A stretch of DNA of 64,000 nucleotides from positions 13,416 through 77,415 of the forward strand of contig CAVFAT010000051.1 in NCBI GenBank assembly GCA_963620785.1. The letters run 5' to 3'. The notes beneath the pieces were generated by a model. The model did not search any database, was not told where the DNA came from, and worked only from the letters and a program-made list of their open reading frames with translations. Source of the stretch: Bacteroidaceae bacterium (GTDB lineage: Bacteria > Bacillota > Clostridia > Lachnospirales > Lachnospiraceae). The position numbers and the translations under genes are program-made. This document shows, in pieces, positions 9,254 to 17,806 of this stretch. Numbering within the stretch: the stretch's first letter is position 1; each line of letters begins with the position of its first letter.

Positions 9254-10510
9254 TCAAAGCCGTCCATAAAGCTCCAAGGGAACATAGGCTTTTATCTCTA
9301 TTCCCTCTGCCTTGTATTCTTCTGTCAGAAGATTTCCGTGTTCACGGATCTGGGCCAAAAGAGAACTCTTACTGTAGGGAATCAGTCTTTCAACCAGAAT
9401 CTGTTCCTCCATCAAAAGATCTTCCAGGGCACTCTTGATCTCCTCTGTTCCTATATTCTGCTTTACGGATGCATAAATCACCTTTTCTGCATGTGGATCA
9501 TGCAAATCCAAAGATTGTCTTTCTTCTTCATCCAAAAGATCCATCTTGTTAAATACGGTAATGCACTTTTTCTTATCTGCACCCAGCTCCTCTAAGGTCT
9601 CATAAACCACCCGTATTTCCTCTTCCATATTCGGATTGTGTGCATCCGCAACATGAATCAGATAATCTGCGTAGCTTGCTTCCTCCAGGGTACTCTTAAA
9701 GGCTTCGATCAAATGATGTGGAAGCTTATTGATAAATCCGACGGTATCTGTAAGCAAAAGCTTCTGCCCACTCGGCAGATCCAGGACTCTTGTCGTCGGA
9801 TCCAGGGTTGCAAAAAGCTTATCCTCCTCCAAAACCTCTGCATCTGTCAGGGTATTCAAAAGAGTGGATTTCCCTGCATTTGTATAGCCAACGATCGCTG
9901 CTGTTTTCAGAGAAGAGCTTCTTCTCTTCTCCCGGAGAAGATCTCTGTGTCTTTCAATTTCCTCCAGTTCCTTTTTCAGATTGCTAATCCTGCCGCGGAT
10001 CGCACGACGATCCATTTCCAGTTTTTTCTCACCCGGTCCTCTGGTTCCGATTCCACCGCCCAGTCTCGACAGGCTTGTTCCCAGCCCCGTAAGATGTGTT
10101 GCCAGATATTTCTGCTGGGCAAGTTCAACCTGCACCTTGCCTTCTGCAGAGCTAGCTCTTGCTGCAAAGATATCCAGGATCAAAAGGGTTCGATCCATCA
10201 CCTTTACATTTAACTCATCCCTCAGATTTCTGATCTGTGCCGGCGTCAGCTCATCATCGCAAATAATTCCATTTGCCTGCGTCATTTCGATCAGCTCCAG
10301 GATTTCCTTCACCTTTCCGCTTCCGACATAGGTCGCCGGATGAATTCTATCTCTTGCCTGAATGACATATCCAAGGGTATCTGCCCCCGCTGTCTTCGCC
10401 AATTCCTCCAGCTCAAATAAAGACTCCCTCGCTTCCTCGCTTTCTCCGAGCGCAACGCCAACAAGGATCACGCCTTCTTTCTCTTTTTCTGTAATAATCA
10501 GTTCTGCCAA
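9254..10510 (-). CDS. hflX: GTPase HflX
   Basis: 418 aa. Has G1 GYTNAGKSTLLN, G3 DTVGF and G4 NKMD motifs, plus an HflX N-terminal domain. Confidence 0.93.
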   Translation of the reverse strand: MAELIITEKEKEGVILVGVALGESEEARESLFELEELAKTAGADTLGYVIQARDRIHPATYVGSGKVKEILELIEMTQANGIICDDELTPAQIRNLRDELNVKVMDRTLLILDIFAARASSAEGKVQVELAQQKYLATHLTGLGTSLSRLGGGIGTRGPGEKKLEMDRRAIRGRISNLKKELEEIERHRDLLREKRRSSSLKTAAIVGYTNAGKSTLLNTLTDAEVLEEDKLFATLDPTTRVLDLPSGQKLLLTDTVGFINKLPHHLIEAFKSTLEEASYADYLIHVADAHNPNMEEEIRVVYETLEELGADKKKCITVFNKMDLLDEEERQSLDLHDPHAEKVIYASVKQNIGTEEIKSALEDLLMEEQILVERLIPYSKSSLLAQIREHGNLLTEEYKAEGIEIKAYVPLELYGRL

Positions 10511-10600
10511 ATTCTGCTCCTATACGATAAAAAGAAAGTCTGTATGGCACTCCTGCCAAGCTCCTTGTCAGCTTGTGCCGCATACAGACTCTGTTTCTTT

Positions 10601-11104
10601 CTAAAATTCAAACGCTTCTTTGATACTGTCATAATGAAGGAAAATTCCCTCTTCGGCAAATTTCTTAATTTCTTCTGCGGAAGCAATCATATATCCATCG
10701 ATTTCCTTTTCCTGAAATTGCAGATCTTCTTCTTTGAAATCAAGAATAAAGCGATAAACATCGACAAAATAATTATCGCCCTCGCCCGGATTTTCTCTAT
10801 GGTAAGTGAAAAGATATCCGCCTTCTGCCGAGGATACATCCAATCCTGTTTCCTCCAAAAGTTCTCGTTTTACAGCCTCATAGGAGCTTTCCCCGGCCAT
10901 GGCACCGCCGCCGGAAACCTCCCACCATCCTGCTGCCCAGGCCTTTGTCATTACACGTTTGGTAATGAGAAAAGTGTGATCCGGTCTGGCAATCACGCCA
11001 AGAACGGTCAGATGATACTCATCATCCGCAAGACACCAGTCATTCTTTTTCATGGTGCGGCCCGTAAGCTGCTTGTTCTTATCATAAATATCCCAATATT
11101 CCAT
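10601..11104 (-). CDS. Nudix hydrolase
   Basis: Nudix box GGGAMAGESSYEAVKRELLEETGL. Start moved to MEYWDIYD (ATG 11104) because a GAGG RBS precedes it; the longest ORF starts at 11131. Confidence 0.85.
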   Translation of the reverse strand: MEYWDIYDKNKQLTGRTMKKNDWCLADDEYHLTVLGVIARPDHTFLITKRVMTKAWAAGWWEVSGGGAMAGESSYEAVKRELLEETGLDVSSAEGGYLFTYHRENPGEGDNYFVDVYRFILDFKEEDLQFQEKEIDGYMIASAEEIKKFAEEGIFLHYDSIKEAFEF

Positions 11105-11108
11105 CTCT

Positions 11109-12008
11109 TTACCTCGTCTGCAGGAAGGCATTTTCCCTTACCGCTTCCTGGTCATTCGGATAAGACTCAATGTATGACGCCATTGCTGTCTTTGCCTTAT
11201 CCCATTCACCTTCCTTTTCATAAAGCACAATCTGAACACGACTCAGCTCCTGCTGGTAGCTGGTATCCTCAGCCTTCAGTCCTGCTTCGATCTGGGAAAG
11301 TGCCTTGTCATATTCTCCTTCTTCCTCATAAACGCTGATCAGTTCCAGTCTTGCCTTCTCTGATCCGGCATCAATCGCCTGCTGCAGATAGCTTAAAGCC
11401 TGATCTGTATCACCAAGATAATAGTAGATCTGTCCCTTCGCACAAAGTCCGGCTGCGCCATTTCCTGCCAGATCAAGAGCTGTATTCAGATACTGCTCTC
11501 CCTCATCTCCGTATCCTGCATTGTTCAGATTCTGATAAATCTGAATATAAAGATCGTAGTTCTTTTTGTCCTTTGCGATTGCCTCTGCATAGTCCGCGTC
11601 AGCAGATTCCTTGCTGCCCTCTGTGAGATAAACCGTACCGCGCAGATAATAAGGCTCCCAGGCCTTCGTATCATATTCGATCATTGCCGTATAGGCAGAC
11701 AATGCATCTCCTGTTTCTCCGGCATTATAAAGTGCCGCCGCACGATAATAAGCAATATCCAGATCCATATCATCCAGACTGCCATAAGATTGATTCAAAG
11801 CAATCTGAAACATTTCGGCAGCTTCCTTATATCTGCCCATTTCCATCAGATCAATTGCCTGCTGTCTGTAATCCGCTTCCGTTTCTTTATTTCCGGACGC
11901 TCCGCAGCCTGCAAGAACAAGTATCATGAAAAGAAACAGAAGGATCGAAAGTCCTTTTCGTTTCAATTTATGTAAACCTCCCTTTTTCTTACACTTGACC
12001 TGCCACAT
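11109..12008 (-). CDS. Tetratricopeptide-repeat lipoprotein
   Basis: 299 aa. Signal peptide with lipobox LAGC, then repeated TPR-like A/Y/L patterns. The start codon is uncertain. Confidence 0.7.
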   Translation of the reverse strand: MWQVKCKKKGGLHKLKRKGLSILLFLFMILVLAGCGASGNKETEADYRQQAIDLMEMGRYKEAAEMFQIALNQSYGSLDDMDLDIAYYRAAALYNAGETGDALSAYTAMIEYDTKAWEPYYLRGTVYLTEGSKESADADYAEAIAKDKKNYDLYIQIYQNLNNAGYGDEGEQYLNTALDLAGNGAAGLCAKGQIYYYLGDTDQALSYLQQAIDAGSEKARLELISVYEEEGEYDKALSQIEAGLKAEDTSYQQELSRVQIVLYEKEGEWDKAKTAMASYIESYPNDQEAVRENAFLQTR

Positions 12009-12091
12009 TAAGGCAAGCTATAGTTAAGTATAACGTCTTCTTGTTTTATTGACAAGAAAAACCAAATTCAAAAGTATGAGGTAAATAAGAC

Positions 12092-13336
12092 ATGAAAAGT
12101 GAAATCAAAGATATGAATCTGGCCGAATCCGGCAATCACAAAATCAGCTGGGTAAAAAAGAATTGTCCCCTTCTCCGCTCTCTTGAAGAGGATTTTTCCA
12201 GGGAAAAGCCCTTTGAAGGAATCCGTATCGCCCTTTCCATTCATTTGGAAGCAAAAACAGCTTATCTCTGCAAGGTGCTTGCAGCAGGCGGCGCTGATAT
12301 GTATATCACAGGCTCCAATCCCCTTTCTACTCAGGATGATGTGGCAGCTGCACTTGCTGCAGAAGGCATGAATGTATTTGCATGGTACGGCTCTACAGAG
12401 GAAGAATACAATCATCATATCAGCTGTGTTCTGGAAGCCGATCCCCAGATCATCATCGATGACGGCGGCGATCTTGTCCATATGATGCACAGCAAATATC
12501 CGGAAAAAATTGCAAATGTGATCGGTGGCTGTGAAGAAACCACAACCGGTGTCATTCGTTTGAAGGCTATGGATGCCGCAGGAGAACTCAAGTTCCCAAT
12601 GGTACTTGTTAACAATGCCGATTGTAAACATCTTTTTGACAACCGCTATGGTACCGGCCAGTCTGTTTGGGACGGCATTAACCGTACCACCAATCTGATC
12701 GTTGCCGGCAAAATGGTTGTCGTTGCCGGATATGGCTGGTGCGGCAAGGGTGTTGCCATGCGTGCAAAAGCACTGGGCGCCCGTGTCATCATCACAGAAA
12801 TCGATCCGATCAAGGCAATCGAAGCCGTTATGGATGGCTATGATGTTATGCCAATGCATGAAGCAGCTAAACTGGGAGATTTCTTCATCACTGTAACCGG
12901 CTGCAACAAGGTTATTTCTGAAGAAGATTTCCGGGTAATGAAAGACGGTGCTATCCTTTGTAATGCCGGCCATTTTGACTGTGAGGTAGATATGACCCGT
13001 CTTCGCGAAATCGCAACTGATATTTCCGAAGAGCGTCATAATATCATGGGCTATACCATTGAAGAAGGCAGAAGGATCTATGTTCTTGCAGAAGGCCGCC
13101 TGGTTAATCTTGCTGCCGGTGACGGACACCCTGCTGAGATTATGGATATGAGCTTTGCCATTCAGGCCCTCAGTGCCAAATATCTGGCTGAGCATGCAAA
13201 GGAATTGACCACTAAACTGATCGATGTTCCCAAGGAGGTTGATCAGGAGGTTGCTGTCAGAAAGCTGCGTTTCCTTGGAAAGGATCTGGATGTGCTGACT
13301 CCTGAGCAGGAAGCATATTTAAATCAGGGACTTTAA
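12092..13336 (+). CDS. ahcY: Adenosylhomocysteinase
   Basis: 414 aa. NAD-binding GYGWCGKG and CNAGHFDCEVD motifs, with full-length resemblance to SAH hydrolases. Confidence 0.95.
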   Translation: MKSEIKDMNLAESGNHKISWVKKNCPLLRSLEEDFSREKPFEGIRIALSIHLEAKTAYLCKVLAAGGADMYITGSNPLSTQDDVAAALAAEGMNVFAWYGSTEEEYNHHISCVLEADPQIIIDDGGDLVHMMHSKYPEKIANVIGGCEETTTGVIRLKAMDAAGELKFPMVLVNNADCKHLFDNRYGTGQSVWDGINRTTNLIVAGKMVVVAGYGWCGKGVAMRAKALGARVIITEIDPIKAIEAVMDGYDVMPMHEAAKLGDFFITVTGCNKVISEEDFRVMKDGAILCNAGHFDCEVDMTRLREIATDISEERHNIMGYTIEEGRRIYVLAEGRLVNLAAGDGHPAEIMDMSFAIQALSAKYLAEHAKELTTKLIDVPKEVDQEVAVRKLRFLGKDLDVLTPEQEAYLNQGL

Positions 13337-13434
13337 ATAAATCAGGAAGCTCAAAAAGAGCTTTCATTGATCTAAAAAAAATGAATTTTAATGCATTGAT
13401 CCTAATGCATTTATCTTAAAGATGCCTGGATTCC

Positions 13435-13515
13435 AAAAGAAAGACCTCAGTGATGAACTCGAACTGCATTTGCTATGCATCTCTTGTTCATCACTGAGGT
13501 CTTTCTGCTATTTTT
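13435..13515. terminator. Long-stem hairpin; bidirectional terminator between ahcY and the convergent DUF2442 gene
   Basis: AAGAAAGACCTCAGTGATGAAC ... GTTCATCACTGAGGTCTTTCT gives a stem of about 21 bp, followed by GCTATTTTTCTTTTTTTT on the plus strand. Confidence 0.7.
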
Positions 13516-14131
13516 CTTTTTTTTCGGCTTTCTCCTTTTCGTCTACAGGCTCTTTTGCATTCTTATCTGCATTGACAGCCTTTGCTTTTGTATCTTTGTC
13601 TGTCTCTTCTCTGCTTGTCTTCTTTTCTTCGAGACTTCCGTTTTTCCATACCTCTGTTGCTGCAATGCAGAGCTCTCCCGTCCAGGAAATCCGGTAGCCG
13701 CCAACGGTTATTCTTGCCTTCTGAAAAAGCTCCTGATCTGCCAGAAGGATCTTCAACTCCTCATGCTTGCGCATACTTGCGCGAAGATCATAAATCTTTG
13801 TCACACCATTTTCAAAAAGAACTCTAATCCGGCAATCCTCCAAGGGATATACCTTGTATGCAGGTGCAAATTTATCCTTTTTTTCTTCCGTAGCTTCATG
13901 AGCAAAATTTACAGTCGTTCCTTCAAGCTCCGTATCGCTATCTCTTTCTCTGTAGCTTTCCTTTTCTCCTATTTCATTTTCTCTTTTGATCAGAAGACAA
14001 AGATCAAAGAAAAATATCAGAAAGGAGATGGAAACATAGATTGCCCGGGTTTCCGTTTTGGAAATCAGGCCGAAAAAGAAAAGAAGCGCTGAAAGGATCG
14101 CACCTATTTCAAATACTGTTTTCCGATTCAT
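13508..14131 (-). CDS. Membrane-anchored DUF2442-like protein with a Lys/Glu-rich C-terminal tail
   Basis: 207 aa. Two N-terminal hydrophobic helices. The central part (YKVYPLEDCRIRVLFENGVTKIYDL...ITVGGYRISWTGELCIAATEVW) matches the DUF2442 pattern as I recall it. Confidence 0.55.
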   Translation of the reverse strand: MNRKTVFEIGAILSALLFFFGLISKTETRAIYVSISFLIFFFDLCLLIKRENEIGEKESYRERDSDTELEGTTVNFAHEATEEKKDKFAPAYKVYPLEDCRIRVLFENGVTKIYDLRASMRKHEELKILLADQELFQKARITVGGYRISWTGELCIAATEVWKNGSLEEKKTSREETDKDTKAKAVNADKNAKEPVDEKEKAEKKEK

Positions 14132-14150
14132 TATTTTCCCTCAGCTATAT

Positions 14151-14717
14151 CTAAAAGACCTTCAGCACCTTGAAATCCCGGCTTTCCATCGACAGCTGGT
14201 AAATCAGCTTTTTCATATGGGTATTGTTCATATCTCCCAAAATTTCCAGTTCAAAGGTAACCGATTTATCCGCATGATTCTCACTAATCAGAATCATACG
14301 TTCCATATTATAGCCATAATCTCCGACCATACTCAGAATAGAGGACATCGCATTCGGACGATCCGGTCTGGTCAGTCTCAGCTTCACAAGCTTTGCCGGA
14401 TTCGGAATCTCAAGGCCTTCCAGCAAGGGGTCAATCAGGCCCGGTACCCAATCATAGATCAGGCCATATTGATACATTCTGCTGGTCTCCATGATCTTGC
14501 GCACAAGAGCCAAATAGCCATCCCTACGATCTTCCGGAACTTCCTTTCCAAGACGGCTGAGGATTTCCTCCTCCCGGTCAGCCCGGTAAATCGTTAAATC
14601 TCCGCTCTCAGTCTTCGCCTTGGCAACCTCATAGGAGCAGTCAAGCCTTTCCATCAATAGCTCTCTGATCTGAGGATCAATTCGGTCAATTTCTTTTCTG
14701 GCCTCTTCTAATTTCAT
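14151..14717 (-). CDS. Chorismate mutase (AroQ type) fused to an ACT-like domain
   Basis: 188 aa. The N-terminus LEEARKEIDRIDPQIRELLMERLDCSYEVAKAK is a typical AroQ helix 1. The C-terminal ~90 aa looks ACT-like. Confidence 0.75.
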   Translation of the reverse strand: MKLEEARKEIDRIDPQIRELLMERLDCSYEVAKAKTESGDLTIYRADREEEILSRLGKEVPEDRRDGYLALVRKIMETSRMYQYGLIYDWVPGLIDPLLEGLEIPNPAKLVKLRLTRPDRPNAMSSILSMVGDYGYNMERMILISENHADKSVTFELEILGDMNNTHMKKLIYQLSMESRDFKVLKVF

Positions 14718-14765
14718 CGCATTTTCCTTTCATTCTGTCTTTTCAGAAGAAATGACAGGTATTCT

Positions 14766-16127
14766 CTACATGGAAATCCATCCAAACGCACTTGCAACCG
14801 AGGATCCTAAAATGATCAGAAGGAAGATAATGCAAAGGTAACGGATCATGAAATTAAAAGTTCTCCTTCTTCTGAAAGGATGACCATCCTTCACAATTTC
14901 CTCTTCCATCTTGTCCAATCCAATAATATAAGTGCAGAAAAGGCAGGTCGCAATCGCTGCAATCGGCATCATAATGGAGTTTGTGATGAAATCAAAGAAA
15001 TCCAAAAACTGCATGCCGATGATCTTTACTGTCGCAAGTGGTCCATATCCCAAAGAAGACAGGCTTCCAAGTCCGATGATAATGACACCGATTAATATCG
15101 TAGCCTTTCTTCTGCTCCAATGAAACTCGTCTTCTACTGTCGCAACTGCTGACTCTGCAAGAGCGATTGAAGAGGTCAATGCCGCAAACAGAACCAGAAC
15201 AAAGAAAAGAATTCCTGCCGGTGTTGCAAATCCCATGCTGGCAAAAACCTTGGGAATTGCAATAAACATCAAGGATGGGCCGGCAGTTAAGATATCCGGA
15301 TCTCCGCCTGAAAAGGCAAAAATCGCGGGGATAATCATCAAGCCTGCCATCATGGCAATGGCGGTATCAAAAATTTCTACATTTACCGTTGCACTATGGA
15401 TAGAAACGTCATCCTTCATATAAGAACCAAAGGTAATCAAAATACCCATAGCAATGGACAGGGAATAAAACATCTGTCCCATAGCACTGACTACCGTCAT
15501 CCAGGAAAAGTTCTTAAAGTTCGGGATCAAAAAGTATTTCACACCTTCCATTGCGCCGGGTCTGGTAACAGAGTAGAACATAATGATCACAGATAAAAGA
15601 ACCAGAACCGGCATCATCAGTTTGGATACTCTCTCGATTCCATTTCTGACACCCATAAAAATGACGATCAGGGTTACAAGCGCAAAGGCGAGAAAGCAGA
15701 GCTCTGTCTGCACTCCATTTGAAATAAAGCCTGAAAAATAATCATCTTCTGCAAGCTTCTGCGCATTGCCCCGGAAGTACTCAATCGTATATTTGATTAC
15801 CCATCCTCCGATTACAGAGTAATAGGGTACGATCAAAAGCGGTACGATTGAATTGATCCAGCCTCCGATTCGAAAGGGCAGCTTATCGGTATATTTCGCA
15901 AAAGCACCGACCGGACTTTTCTTGGACATACGTCCCAGGGCTGTCTCTGCCATGATCATGGTATAACCAAAGGTCAATGCCAGGAGGATATAAATGATAA
16001 GGAAAATTCCTCCGCCATATTTTGCAGCCAAATAAGGAAATCTCCATATATTTCCCAATCCGACAGAAGCGCCTGCTGCCGAAAGAACAAAGCCGATCTT
16101 GCCGGAAAAGCTATTTCTGTTTTGCAA
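14766..16127 (-). CDS. Sodium-dependent transporter, neurotransmitter:sodium symporter (NSS/SNF) family
   Basis: 453 aa. Has the GLGNIWRFPYLAAKYGGG signature and about 11-12 TM segments. Confidence 0.9.
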   Translation of the reverse strand: MQNRNSFSGKIGFVLSAAGASVGLGNIWRFPYLAAKYGGGIFLIIYILLALTFGYTMIMAETALGRMSKKSPVGAFAKYTDKLPFRIGGWINSIVPLLIVPYYSVIGGWVIKYTIEYFRGNAQKLAEDDYFSGFISNGVQTELCFLAFALVTLIVIFMGVRNGIERVSKLMMPVLVLLSVIIMFYSVTRPGAMEGVKYFLIPNFKNFSWMTVVSAMGQMFYSLSIAMGILITFGSYMKDDVSIHSATVNVEIFDTAIAMMAGLMIIPAIFAFSGGDPDILTAGPSLMFIAIPKVFASMGFATPAGILFFVLVLFAALTSSIALAESAVATVEDEFHWSRRKATILIGVIIIGLGSLSSLGYGPLATVKIIGMQFLDFFDFITNSIMMPIAAIATCLFCTYIIGLDKMEEEIVKDGHPFRRRRTFNFMIRYLCIIFLLIILGSSVASAFGWISM

Positions 16128-16160
16128 TTTATCTTAACCTCATACTTTCTTTATACTTTT

Positions 16161-17570
16161 TTATTTAATAAAAAGATTCAAAAGACCTGTTGACTGCAGG
16201 AAAAGGATCAGCATCAATACCGGTGCTATGTAGCGCACCATCACGGTATAGATCTTCTTTCTGCCAAATTTGTCTCCGGTTGATTCCATTTCATCCACGA
16301 TCCACTTGGGTCCTACGATCCAACCAATCAGGATGCAAGATAAAAGGGAAATAAAGGGCATCATAAAGCTATTGCTGATATAGTCCATAATATCCAAAAG
16401 CTGTCCTACCGATCCATTCGGAAGCGGAACTTCCAGGTAGAAAACACTGTAACCCAGAGCAATCACAACCGATGCGATACAATAAACCACCGTTAAAATA
16501 ATGGTCGTTTTCTTTCTGGATGCATGGAAAAGCTCCATACAGTTTGCTGTTACTGTCTCAAGCACAGATACACAGCTTGTGAGTGCCGCGAAGGCAGCCA
16601 TCACAAAGAAAACAAATCCAATCACCGGGCCTGCAGCTCCCATTGCCGCAAAAACCTTCGGCAAGGAAACAAACATCAAAGAAGGACCTGCTCCCATTCC
16701 CTCTGTTCCAGAAAAGACATAGATAGAAGGAATGATCATAAGACCTGCAAGAAAGGCAACCAAAGAGTCGAAAATCTCGATTTGATTTACTGCTTTATTC
16801 AGGTTAACATCCGGTTTTACATAGGAACCATAAGTGATCATAATTCCCATTGATACACTCAGGGAAAAGAAAAGCTGACTCATTGCATCCAGCAAGATCT
16901 GTAAAAAGCGGGACAAAGTCAGACCTTCCAGATTTGGCTTCAGATATACCAGCAAACCATCCAGTCCGGTTCTTGTTACACCGCTTTCATCGGTATGACT
17001 TAAGGTCAGTGAATAAATAGAAATTGCAACAATCATGACCAGAAGAAGGGGCATGATAAATTTGGAGCACTTCTCAATACCACCCTCTACACCATTATAA
17101 ACAATAAAGGCTGTGATCAGCATAAAGATCAAAGCATAAACTACTGATGCCACAGGAGAGGTAATAAAACCTGTAAAATAGCTGTCTCCTGCTGCCTCTG
17201 TCGCCTCGCCTGTCACATAGGTCACGATAAATCTGCTGATCCAACCGCCTATTACTGCATAATAGGTCATGATCAGAACCGGAACAAAAAATGTAATGAT
17301 ACCCAGGAATTTCCATTTCGGCCGCATCTGTGCATATGCATAAATCGAACTTTTCTTTGTTTTTCTTCCGATTGCGATATCTGACGTCAAAAGGGTAAAG
17401 CCAAAGGTAACTACCAGAATCAAATAAATGATCAGGAAAAGTCCGCCTCCATCCTTTGCCGCCAAATATGGAAATCGCCAAAGATTTCCGACGCCTACAG
17501 CGGATCCTGCCGCAGCCAGAACAAATCCAATCTGGCCGGAAAATCCGCCTCCGTCTTTTTTCTTACCCAT
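16161..17570 (-). CDS. Sodium-dependent transporter, NSS/SNF family (tandem paralogue)
   Basis: 469 aa. Has the GVGNLWRFPYLAAKDGGG signature. Confidence 0.9.
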   Translation of the reverse strand: MGKKKDGGGFSGQIGFVLAAAGSAVGVGNLWRFPYLAAKDGGGLFLIIYLILVVTFGFTLLTSDIAIGRKTKKSSIYAYAQMRPKWKFLGIITFFVPVLIMTYYAVIGGWISRFIVTYVTGEATEAAGDSYFTGFITSPVASVVYALIFMLITAFIVYNGVEGGIEKCSKFIMPLLLVMIVAISIYSLTLSHTDESGVTRTGLDGLLVYLKPNLEGLTLSRFLQILLDAMSQLFFSLSVSMGIMITYGSYVKPDVNLNKAVNQIEIFDSLVAFLAGLMIIPSIYVFSGTEGMGAGPSLMFVSLPKVFAAMGAAGPVIGFVFFVMAAFAALTSCVSVLETVTANCMELFHASRKKTTIILTVVYCIASVVIALGYSVFYLEVPLPNGSVGQLLDIMDYISNSFMMPFISLLSCILIGWIVGPKWIVDEMESTGDKFGRKKIYTVMVRYIAPVLMLILFLQSTGLLNLFIK

Positions 17571-17673
17571 ACTCTTTCTCCTCCGCCCGGGACTTTTCTT
17601 CCGTCTTCTATCCTTGCCCAGGCTCTTTCTCTAAATTTTTGTCAGCTCTTCTGACGAACACAAATGTAGTACC

Positions 17674-17703
17674 ATTCTAACACGATATTTCATACAAGTA
17701 CAA
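17674..17703 (-). promoter_or_regulatory. Sigma-A-type promoter (TTGTAC-N18-TAGAAT, TGn extended -10) for the NSS operon
   Basis: Minus-strand read: TTGTACTTGTATGAAATATCGTGTTAGAAT. A purine-rich leader of about 100 nt follows. Confidence 0.45.
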
Positions 17704-17725
17704 TTTAAAAAGAAAGTAGTTTCCT

Positions 17726-17767
17726 ATAAAAACAAGTCCGCGAACGGCAGCAGCCGCCCGCGGACTT
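17726..17767 (-). terminator. Intrinsic terminator of the ene-reductase operon
   Basis: Minus-strand read: AAGTCCGCGGGCGGCTGCTGCCGTTCGCGGACTT followed by GTTTTTAT. It lies 40 nt after the reductase stop. Confidence 0.8.
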
Positions 17768-17806
17768 TCTTTCTCATCTTTTCTTTTTTTCTTCATTCAA
17801 CAATCT

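Noticed and set aside
9014-9595. 193-aa and 132-aa plus-strand ORFs across the pyrF-hflX gap
   Set aside because: They run antisense to hflX and through the intergenic spacer. They are low-complexity Cys/Tyr/Phe-rich translations with no RBS.
12068-13195. 375-aa ORF antisense to ahcY
   Set aside because: The plus-strand frame encodes a full-length, motif-perfect adenosylhomocysteinase. The antisense translation is Cys/Phe/His-rich and low-complexity, with no recognisable motif or RBS. It is most simply a by-product of codon usage that avoids TTA, CTA and TCA in the sense frame.
13508-13700. T/C-rich low-complexity DNA (TTTTC / CTTTT runs) looking like a simple repeat
   Set aside because: It is the reverse complement of the Lys/Glu-rich C-terminal tail of the DUF2442 protein plus the terminator T-run. 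It is not an independent repeat element.
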